Origin: Pavona decussata
Taxonomy: Eukaryota
Length of the DNA: 64,000 bases
Assembly: GCA_977016875.1 (NCBI GenBank)
Contig: CDRNST010000066.1
Location: 1,116,001 to 1,180,000, forward strand
Direction of reading: 5' to 3'
Part shown: one piece after another, positions 36,837 to 47,541 of the stretch
How the letters are laid out: every line of letters begins with the position of its first letter
Numbering within the stretch: the stretch's first letter is position 1
Notes under the pieces: model-generated
What the model was told of the DNA's origin: nothing
The model's input: the letters and a program-made list of their open reading frames with translations, nothing else
Database searches by the model: none
Position numbers and translations under genes: made by a program

Positions 36837-38927
36837 CCTGTTTCTCGAAAGTCCCGGTAACTTTTCGGACCCGAAATGAAATATTCAAATCAAAATCTAA
36901 AGAATAAAAGCGCGGGTCCTAGCTAACAAACCAAACCATTTTGTTTTGTTAAATGATAGTTTTATCATATTATCTGCAAAACTATTGAAGCCTCGATCTT
37001 GAATGTAAACAACAACAACTTTCCAGGGGCCCGTTTCTCGAAAGTCCCGGTAACTTATCGGGCCCGGTAAGTGGCCCGTTAAGTCCCCGATAAGTTTACG
37101 GGTGTTTCTTGAAACTCCCGTTATTTACGATCCCGGTAAATTTCCCGGTAACTTGCCCGGTAATTTACGGGAGGTCATGACCTCCCGTAAACTTACCGGG
37201 AAATCGCAAATGTTGCGACACTAAACAAAATGGCGGCCGGAGGCGGACTTTTTTGTTTAGTTAGGAGACCTCGGTCTTGTCAAAGACGACTAATTCTGGC
37301 CGACATGGCTGACTGTGAAGTCATAGAAAGATTCAGGCTTTTGCGAGCGAGAATCGAGTGGCTCGTGAATGAACTTGGAGACGAATTGCGGAGAAATAAA
37401 GCGAGAGGCTGCCCGCTGGCTCCGGAAGCAAACGTGAATACAGGCGTAGTACTTGTTGTTGTTGCTGTAAGTGTTGTTTTAAATGTTTGAAAAGCGCTTA
37501 GGGTGTTTGCATATGGGCGCTATATAAATTTGAAATTATTACTATTTTATTGTTATAAATTATCAACCAACGGCGGAAGAAAAAATAAATATTTTGTCAT
37601 GTAAACACGGCTCACTCGCCGCACATTATTACTTCGAAATGGCTTCCTTTTTAGCATAAAATGGGTTCCTGTCATGCAAAACTAATCCTACCGTAAGCGA
37701 TATTGTTTGCTTTCTTGTAATGTGCAGAATTTTCATAAGAAAGAGGAAGTTAGAAATCTGACATGCTGCACTGAGATAAATGTAAACATAACCATTGATA
37801 TACTTATGAACAGAGCGATCGCGATGAGAGTCGAATTGTGCGCCGTCCTCGAAATACACAAATGCAGTGTTTGTTGCATTAGCTAGAGGGATAAAGAATA
37901 AGAAGCTTACACACGATAGATAAACGAGAATAAAGAACTTAAAAATCGTTCCACTTTTCGCAAAATAGTTTCAGTCGCATTTAAATTGATCGAGCCTTGT
38001 GGTAGTATACAAAAGCCGATTTCGGATCGGTAAAAATAGTAGTGCTTGATGTCTGCCGGAGAAGACGATCAAATCACGCCAGTTGAACTATAGCTATTCA
38101 ATTTTAAAACTTGTATAAGGTCCTTCCTTATTCCCAATATTCTCTATACTGAGGCTGCTAAAAGTAAATTTGTATCAGTACGAACTGTTGAAATAGGCGT
38201 TGAAATAGGACATCACGCAGACACTGTTCCCCGGCGATCGCCATAGCTTGCTTAGCTTCATCTCTTCTACAACTTTGAAGGAATTACATACTGATCCTGA
38301 CTATTAGTTTGATGCTCACAATAAGAATTTATGTTGATAACATTCATAATCCTTTTCGGGTTCTATCTCGCATCAGGGAGTTTCCTGAAAGTAATTGCCG
38401 ATACCATGCATGATGCAAAATAGTGATCTCTCTTGGTTGCTCCCCTTTGATAAAACGAAGAAGTTAAACTTAGAACGTATTGTATTGTCCTTCAAAAAGC
38501 ATGCAGACAATCCTGTCTCATCCATAACCGTGCTTTTCTCAAATGAATCGAATGGATTGGTGTAGTCCTAAGTCGTTCTCCTTCTCTTGCGAACGAGCGT
38601 GAAGCGCGCAAGAGCCTGGCAATGGCTTCTATTTTACCGGGCCCGGAAATTACCGGGAAAGTTTACGGGTGCTTCGAGAAACGCATTATCGGGCCCGGTA
38701 AAGTTTCCCGATAACGGGCCCGGAAGTTACCGGGACTTTCGAGAAACGGGCACCCCATTGGCCCGATAAGTGTCTTTGGTGAAAAATGTTACTCAACAGA
38801 AGTCAATTTTTGTTAGCTTTGAACACTAAATTTCAAAATCTGTAATCACAGCGTAATCGGCGAAAAACACATTTAAACATATACTTATCAGGGCCGGTAA
38901 GCTACGGGACTATAAAGAAACGGGCCC
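36837..38927. mobile_element. Middle Harbinger-family MITE of the nested composite
   Basis: Left CCTGTTTCTCGAAAGTCCCGGTAAC, right GCTACGGGACTATAAAGAAACGGGCCC; CAG on both flanks. Confidence 0.62.
37026..38754 (+). mobile_element. Inner Harbinger transposon derivative (1.73 kb) with a HARBI1-like transposase N-terminus
   Basis: ~31-bp TIRs GGGGCCCGTTTCTCGAAAGTCCCGGTAACTT / AAGTTACCGGGACTTTCGAGAAACGGGCACC; CCA on both flanks; many subterminal CCCGGTAA motifs. ORF 37230-37490 (DCEVIERFRLLRARIEWLVNELGDEL....RGCPLAPE) resembles the Harbinger nuclease N-terminus. Confidence 0.82.
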
Positions 38928-40166
38928 CAGTTCTGACAAATGGAACTGCCCTATGATATTTCATATAATTATTCAAACGTATACATTTACTTACACAAAG
39001 ATGTCACCTTACAAAATAAGTCGACAATAAAGGCGTTCTTGCTTAATCTCAGCACCTTGCATGTTTAACATCTTAATAAAATTTTGACCTTTCTCAAGCT
39101 TAACGTTCTCATAAAAAAGCTTGTAATAGCAAAGCAACAAATCAATGAAAAGGCTCTTACAATTCTGCTCTCATTTTTAAATAGTTAGCAAACACAGAAA
39201 AAACTTTCGGTTTTTAGGATCAACTTTATTATCCTGTGTTGACAAGAAATGAAATGGACAGCTGAACCGGTTGCGTTCTGAACAATTTCGAAATGCGGAC
39301 CGTCAGAAAATGAAGCATTCTGTCTAGAATATATTTGACACATATGTGTTTCTTGTAGCAAGTGGTAGGGAAAAGTGTGAAAGACCGGTATCAAGAGGTA
39401 AATATTTCACTTGTTATAAATATTCCTGCCTTTGAACAAGTGCCAACTGGTTTGTTTAGTAAACGACAATGTGAAATTCGATAATTGCTTAAAGTTAACT
39501 CGAAGAAAAATTAATCTGCCATATTTGTTGTTGTTATTTATTGAATTTCATTCCTTGTGTTTGCCTCTTGTGACAACTTTTTATGCTTAACAGCCGTAAA
39601 CAATGAGAATGTCTTAATATATGACTTGTGACAGCTCGAGACCCGCAAACTGCCATGGTACCAGAAAAAACAAAGAAATATCGATTTTGCAAATATTACT
39701 TTGAAGTATGTTTTTAACATTTTTTTCACCAAGTATTTGTTGGCCAGAGGTACAAGCTGAAAAAGCAAATGAAATCGCTCAAAAATATTAACTAATAAGG
39801 ACCGGAACGCGATAGTTTATCAAATATTAATTTCCTATTTGATCTAATTCGCGTTTTTGTTTAACAAGCAACAGGTGTTTCGCCTAACTGCGCATGTGTA
39901 AGACACGCTTACTGAAAAAAGGAAGCTTATGTTTTAGCATCCATGAGGCCATTCCGTTATGTTACTAAGTTTTTAAGCTCATTTAACTCGAAATAATAAT
40001 CGGCCTGAATTGAAATACCGGATATTTGTCGAATCGGATAAGTGTCGAAGTCCAATACGGAGGAATCTTCTCGTCGAGAAGCAAAAAGTTCCCAACACAA
40101 ACAAGGACTTCAAGATCGACAAATATCCAACGGATTAATTCGACCGTGGCGCGATACACATCTTAA

Positions 40167-42009
40167 ATGGCCAGTTTGGTGGGATGTTTAACGAGGAGGA
40201 AAAGAGTTTGCCAGGAAGAGAAAACTAACACTGAATTGTCTAAGTGTCTTACAACATGGGACTTAACATCGCTCGGGATTGGCGCTACTCTGGGCGCGGG
40301 AATTTACGTTGTGTCCGGACAAGTTGCAGCGAGTATCGCGGGACCAGCAGTAATCATCTCGTTCGCTTTAGCGGCATTAACATCCATTCTCTCAGGTCTG
40401 TGTTACGCTGAGTTTGGCGCACGTGTTCCCAAGACAACTGGATCAGCATACGCTTACAGTTATGTCACAGTCGGGGAAATATGGGCTTTTATTATCGGAT
40501 GGAACTTGATTCTAGAATACATGATAGGTACTGCAGCAGATGCTAGAGCGTTAAGCGCCTGCTTTGATTATGTCATTGGAAACGTGATCCGGAATTTAAC
40601 CCTGACCTACATTGGGGAGATAAACACTCCAGGTCTGGGTACATACCCAGACATACTATCCTTCATCGTCACAATCATTGTTACTATTGTTCTAGCTATT
40701 GGTGTCAAGCAATCTTCAACGTTCAGTACGATTTTTAACGTTCTAAACTTCTTAGTCGTAATTTTCATTGTAGTAGCGGGGATGTTCTTTGTTGACACAA
40801 GGAACTGGACAGAAGGAAAAGGCTTTTTCCCGTACGGGGCATCTGGAGTCCTGAGTGGAGCAGCGACCTGCTTTTACGCTTATGTTGGTTTTGACATCAT
40901 CGCTACAACAGGAGAAGAAACTAAAAACGCACCCAAATCTATTCCAATCGCAATTGTGGCATCCCTGGTTGTTATTTTTGTTTGCTATTTTGGAGTGTCT
41001 ACGATAGTAACACTAATTGTTCCTTTCCATCAGTTGGACAAGCTTTCACCCATACCTAATGCGTTCGTCCAGAGAGGCTTTCCAATGGCTAAGTACATTA
41101 TTGGCATGGGCGCTGTTTGTGGTCTATCGTCGAGCCTCTTAGGCTCCCAGTTTCCTTTACCTAGGATCATTTATGCCATGGCCTCAGACGGCTTGCTATT
41201 TAAGTTCCTGGCTAGTGTGAACCCAAGGACCGAGGTCCCTGTTGTGGCCACGGTGTTCCCTGGCATTCTAACAGCAGTTATTGCTTTGTTGTTTGATTTA
41301 AATGAGCTAGTTGAGATGATGTCCATAGGAACATTGTTGGCGTACACACTAGTGTCACTTTGTGTTTTGATCTTGCGATATCAACCAAATATTCCGGAAG
41401 ATCCGTTTATTGACAAGTGGTATCTAAAGGAACCCGAGATATACGGACAACTTTCAATGTATGATCAATCACCAGACGAGCATGAATATGAAATTACCAC
41501 AAATAAAAAACTACACTCTTCACATCTTACGAAAAGCAGTCGAGAACACGATTTCCATTCATCGCAGAAGGATTTCGCCAAATCATACAAAAGGACTCCG
41601 AGCCAGAATCTACAAAATAAACTCAAGAGGGGTCCCACGGCAGAAAGCGTCCGAATAGTGAACTGGGCTGTCGCGCTGCTCTTCGTGTCCTTCGTTGGAT
41701 TCTGCAGTGCCACAGTTTACGGTCTAGAAGCCATACAGAGACACAGTCATGTCATTCTTGTGTTCCTGGCAATTTTTGGAGTCCTCAGCGTATTTGCTAT
41801 TGTGGTAATTTGTCTTCAGCCGCAGAACACAAACGAGATATCATTCAAAGCACCATTTGTTCCAGCTTTGCCTATTCTCACCATTTTCTTCAATGTGTTT
41901 CTTATGCTGAAGTTGTCAAGATTGACATGGATTCGCTTTGGGGTCTGGATGGGTTTAGGTTTGTTCTTCATATTCAATTTATTGAATAGCCGACAGATCT
42001 TCGATATCA

Positions 42010-42043
<34 letters not shown>

Positions 42044-43205
42044 TTTATTAAAAACTGGGTCATTTTATATTGCAATTCCAGAGTTTTGGTTGGCTTAGCG
42101 GCCATGGTATGTGAGCTAATATATACTTCCCGAAAAAGAGCGACCAATGAGTTTGTCTTCTGGTCGTCCTTGCAAAATGAAATCAGTTACAACCAGCATT
42201 ATTTAGTGGTTGTTGGATATGAGATGATTATAGCCAACTCCTCATTGGCTATCTATCATCTTATCCAATGAGCGCTTGTGGAATAATTGTTGACTATGGT
42301 TAACTTGCTAAACGCTACTGTTGAAGCTCATGTAGAAGTCAGATGAATTTTTTTTGAAATGGAAATAGACGAAATTGTCACGACTGACACACCTGGCCCC
42401 TGGATTTTGGGATCGTTGGTGTCGATATTCGTTCGCATAAATTAGCTTCCACTTCAAGTTAAAACAGGAAAAATTTAACCGTAGGAATGTAAATATCGTG
42501 TTAAAAATGTTTGCTTCGTTTAGAGGCGTCTCACTTTTCCTGGCCTTTTCATCCACCCTTCACACTCTTAGCAACATATTTTGAGGACGTCTGCTTATGG
42601 CGCAAAAAGAAAAAATGTGGTTAAGTTACTTTCTGGTCAAGGACAGTGAATGATAAGTGGTTGAAGTTGGGCATTTCAGTAATGAGGGAAATTTGAGCCA
42701 GGTTTACCAGGAAATCCTGAACATGGGCCAGGCTTACCTGCTTTTTTACCTGATTTTGACCAGAGGCTTTCACTTACCTATTTTCCTATCCTCTATAACA
42801 TAACTTGTCATAAATATTGGTTCAAGAACTTATCATTTTATTCCTAATCTCGCCAACTGTGACATAAATAACCAACACAGAAAAGTGACACTGCCGACTG
42901 AAGGGAAAGCGCCTGGGTGAAAGGGTTAACACTACCTCTCCGAACTTGCAATTTCAATGCTCAACCATTCTCTCTTTCTTTTAGGTATGTTATTATACTT
43001 TGGATACAGCATCTGGAACAGCAGAGAAAGACTCCAAATGTCTCGCTTGGAGCAAAGGATATTTGACAGACAAGTTCTTCTGGCGGATGATCCAGATTAT
43101 GTTGACATTGAGTATGAAATGAATACCATTCCAGCTCATAGGGAAGAAGAAGAAGAAGAAGAAGAAGATTTTCCACCAAGTCCATTTAAATGGGATAGTC
43201 TATAA
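40167..43205 (+). CDS. SLC7A14: Cationic amino acid transporter, SLC7A14-like (670 aa). Exons 40167-41958 and 42985-43205
   Basis: 14-TM CAT fold with GATLGAGIYV, CYAEFGARVPKTTGSAY (the KTTG insertion is SLC7A14-like), GFDIIATTGEE, EMMSIGTLLAY and F.APFVP. Phase-1 intron G|GTTTGT ... CTTTTAG|GT joins to GMLLYFGYSIWNS and an acidic tail. Confidence 0.85.
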
Positions 43206-44685
43206 ACTGAAATGTCTCTCTCCGCCAAAGGGGGCAAAAAAAAATATATATAAAATTTGCAAAATTTTAAAAACACACTGGGCAGGGAAGTATTGTTTAA
43301 TAGCTTTTATCGGATATCGTTGCTGATCATTACACGGGAAGGAAAAGTCGATGCAGCATGACTAAGGGAGGGATTTGTGGTCTACTCTAGAATGACAATG
43401 AACAGAATAGGAATAATCACAAGGATTGAAATATAAACCAATAAGTGAAAAACAACCATTTGAAATAAGAATGAAACCTTGTTCATTCTGTTGTAAACAA
43501 TAGAATGACTGGAATTTCATAGAGTAGCTCAGATCATTTCATTCACACTTCGATATTTTGTTAAATTTACAAAGTATATGCTTAAGTAATGAAACAATAA
43601 AAAAGAAAGACGGAAATAAATGGCTTTGGGGGAAAGTGGTTAAAAAAAAACCGCCAAACGCTATTCCAAGTATTCTCATTCTAGAATGGTTCCCAAACAA
43701 CGTGCCTTGAGAGAACTTCTTTGGACATTTATGACCCGTTGTGTAGGTGAAAGCACTGCGAAGACAGCTATGTTACAATTCCATTCAACATCAACAGTTT
43801 GTTAAAAATATATCTAACACAACGAAAGGCTACGGTGATGAGAACGCAGACAGGAAAATGGTTTATACTACGGTATAGTAGCCCCTGGATGTTGCTTTCA
43901 AGGCCAAGACCCTCTGCCCTTCTTGTTATCCATTTGGTGAACTGTACTATTTGTATGTAAATTGTGATTGTGTCTATTGTACGTTGTATGGAGTAAATCA
44001 AATAAAAAAATCAAATGTAATAATTCAGCGGCTATAACTTATGTTATCGCTTAAAAGGAGGTTTGAAGACTAAAGGTACGGTCCATAAACTTCCCCACCA
44101 CTCTCCCCGTGGAACGTTGTACCAAGACTAACGAAAGTTACGTTAAAGACGGATTATCTTGTAACCTTTGCACTGAACTGCCGAATTGGCTTCTTTCGGA
44201 ATATTAAAATTCAGCTTGAATACAAGGGCTAGAGGACGCCAAACATTGTGAAGCCGAATTTTAATATATCGAAAACGCCTATTGGGACAGGGTGTGAGCC
44301 GTAGAAACGAACACTCGAGAATTCCAGCTGGTTAGTGGCTAACACCCCTATGGGCATACAAACGTCGATAGCAGCTTTCGGTTTTGGGTGCTGTTTTCAT
44401 CGGAGCACCTGCTACTGATGTTTGCGCCATCGGAGAAAGAGGATCCAAGAAACCACGCCCAGAAATTACTTAGGCGCCGGAAAAAGTGTGAGCTCACGCA
44501 CGAGTTGACACTCGCGCGTCTTGCTTGTCATTTCCTCTGTCACTCCAGACTTGTGTTTGAAGACGACGGACAAAATAAACAATACGAACAGTTTTGCAGT
44601 CTAGTGCGTTAGCCGTTATAGAACCACCCATAAACAAGTACCACAGAAATTTATTTTTAAGGGCAGTAATTTTCAGCACCTTTCG

Positions 44686-45240
44686 TTTTAACGGTCACGC
44701 TTAATGATTCTATCCAAGGCTCAACTAAACGTATAGAGCCACCTTGTACAGCGTAATAAACAGCACCACAGGAAAGTACTGCTCAGTAGCTTTCATTTGA
44801 ATGATCACACTTTAGGATTTCATCCACAGAGTCAATACTTAGAATCACCTTGCGCAGCGTAATAAGCAGCATCACAGGAAAGTGCTGCTCAGTAGCTTTT
44901 ATTTTAATATTTAAAAACGGTCATACTTTAGGATTTCATCCACAGACTCAAACCTGAAAACAACCTTGCGCAGCATAACAAACAGCATCACAGGAAAGAT
45001 ACTGCTCAGTAGCTTTCACTTGGATGGTCACACTTTAGAATTTTTCCACAGACTCAAAACTTAGAACCCTCTTGTACAGCACAACAAACAGACCACAGGA
45101 AAGCATTACTCAGTAGCTTTCATTTGATTAGTCACACTTTAGGATTTCATCCACTGACTCAACACTAGAGCCACCTTGTAAGTCTTGTACAGCACAATCA
45201 ACAGCACCACGCGAAAAGTACTTATCAGTAGTTTTCATGT
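44686..45240 (+). repeat. ~105-117-bp minisatellite, ~5 units
   Basis: AGTAG(C/T)TTT anchors at ~44786, 44891, 45008, 45112 and 45227. Consensus AGCTTTCATTTGAATGGTCACACTTTAGGATTTCATCCACAGACTCAAAA.TTAGAACCACCTTGTACAGCATAATAAACAGCACCACAGGAAAGTACTGCTCAGT. Confidence 0.9.
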
Positions 45241-47541
45241 GACGCTGAGTACAGATGTATTTCATCTCCATGTATATTATAGTTATGTCTCTTAATTTAA
45301 TAGTCTCAAAAGCTAACTAGTGCGTGGGAGGGAAACGGTTAATTTTCTAAAGAATGCCGTGCCAATTTGCTGCAATTAACAAATTTACTCAAGGCATTGT
45401 ACTAATGACTCCCTTGCCTGATTATTGGCGCCATCAAGGCTGATCGTAAATCCAGCCATTCTCAACAATAAAGAACAGTGCAGAAGATTATTTGTCGTCA
45501 ATATGTCTCAAGCATTATCGCTAAATTGCGCCAATAGATTACACACAAAAGGAACATTTTAGACAGTTACTATTGGCACAGGAAGCGTTTAGCGAAAGTA
45601 GCACGTTTTTTAGTTGTCAGACATCATAATGACAATCGATAAACTACCCAACAAGAATTGGTTGAAAATTTGAGCCTACGCTGAGAAAAATTGTTTTCAG
45701 TCTCGAAAGTAACCGCGGTTTGTTTCTTAGGTTCGCTCGCTTTCTGGTTTGGAATCTCCTTGTAAGGCAAGAAATGCAATTAGAAACGTTGTTTGATAGG
45801 TCATTTTTCAAACTGCCCACGCTTTTTAGTAAATCCATCGACAGTGCTTACATGTACAAACTCAGCGTATGAAGTTTGCCAACTTATGAAACAATTTTAA
45901 ATCTCCTACAAATCTCTCATGTTTCTAAGAGGGTTTGATTCACTAAAAGCTTTCCTCTCTATTCAATACACAGGGAAAAAAATCAGTACATCTTGAAATA
46001 AATATAATGAAAGATCCATATTGAAAACTATCAATTAACGCAAAGTATTCAGTCTACTTGGCTTTCCTTCTGTTCATAAAGCTGTGAAAAAATAGTAAAT
46101 TGAAGTCTGTAAGCGTCTCTCGTTGTATATCGCAAACGTTCAACCCGCGAGTATTTGTACAGCCAATCCTACACAATATTTGAGCGTTCTTAACCCCAAT
46201 AAATAAAGAGCGGGAAGGTTAACGTTCCTAAACCGACGGGAATGAAAATTTTAAGAGTCCTTCCATTTTATTTTACATTGAATTGGACGTTTTTATCTGA
46301 CATAACAACTGTACAATCTAATTGCTTATTTTTATGTTTTAAGTATAGAATAAGTATTTGATAAATCACAAATATTGAAATCCACATGAATCCATTGCAT
46401 TCTCCTTCCATAACTTAAGGTTCGGTTTCTGGCCTTAGGCCGCATTTCCTTGATGTACTTTTACGACAGCTTCGCTCGTGTCTATCGAGCGAGCCAAACT
46501 TCGGAGGCTTGGGACTGAACTCGATAGCGCAACTGATAGCCTAATGGGTGAGGTAAGATTCGACAACGCAGCAAGGATGACTGGGGATGCTTACCATTTA
46601 CGCAAACCACCCGGATGGAAATTTTCGGCATAAATACGAAATGAGTTAGCTTGTCTTAACAGAAGATGGATAAATTTATGGACACCAGCTGTAAATCCCA
46701 AAAGGAGCAATAAAATGCATCGCTTTGACCAGAAGCCCATAATTTCAGAAGTACTCCAAATGGAATGATGCGTACCATTTGATTTTCCAACTAAACTGGA
46801 ATCCAGGTAAATGGGAAGCACCTACTGACTGGCTGCCAGTTTAGCGACGATCTGAATGAAAGGCGTTCGCTAGTGATTTATAAACCTAGGAGATTGCAGG
46901 GTGTGAAATGTTTATAGATTGAACTTTACAGGACTTTAATATTTACAGCATTTACAACAATATTTACAGTACTAATATATACATCAATAAAGCGAACACA
47001 CGACTCAAGTCACTTTGCACTAAGTCAAAGAAGGATTGAAATGAAATTTTGAATAACGCGGCTGATTTTTGGCGGAATGACAAAGCTTTACTGGGCGGAG
47101 CCAGGAGCCCATTAATCGGAACTTACAGCTCCCAAACTAAGCCTTGGCCACGGCGTTTTTACAGATCGGTCGATTTTTAGATACGCCTGGGAATACTATT
47201 TCCCGCGTAAATTTAAATTCCGGCTCACATGAGAATTACGCCGTCAAAGTTTGAGACTGGTTAGTAAGGCTCTAGTGGGAGACAGAATTTGTGGAAACTT
47301 CAATCTTAAAATAATTTTAAATAGGTCTGTACAAACGCCGCTACACGGATGTATAGGAGTTGTACGTTCCGGGTAATTGGCTTCTGGCGAAGGCTATTCA
47401 GGACTTTTTTTTCCTTTAAAGATATTTTTATGACGCTTTTATCACTTTCCATTTAATCTTGCTTTAAAATTACAAAGACGATACTGGTGTATACGCAAAA
47501 CAATCCATTAAGTGATGAAGATGACACCTTCATCTTTAATG

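Larger units (their letters stand above)
36630..38951. mobile_element. Outer MITE of a nested composite
   Basis: TIRs GGGAGCTTTCCATTTGTCAG / CTGACAAATGGAACTGCCC with TAT on both flanks; interrupted at CCAG (36833-36836 / 38927-38930) by the middle element. Confidence 0.7.

Noticed and set aside
41959-42014. C-terminus LFFIFNLLNSRQIFDIK of the 615-aa ORF; similarly EILGLCQNHRFAICAHG (57010-56955)
   Set aside because: These are intron read-through; spliced exons supply the conserved GxxxYxxY[GS] ending.
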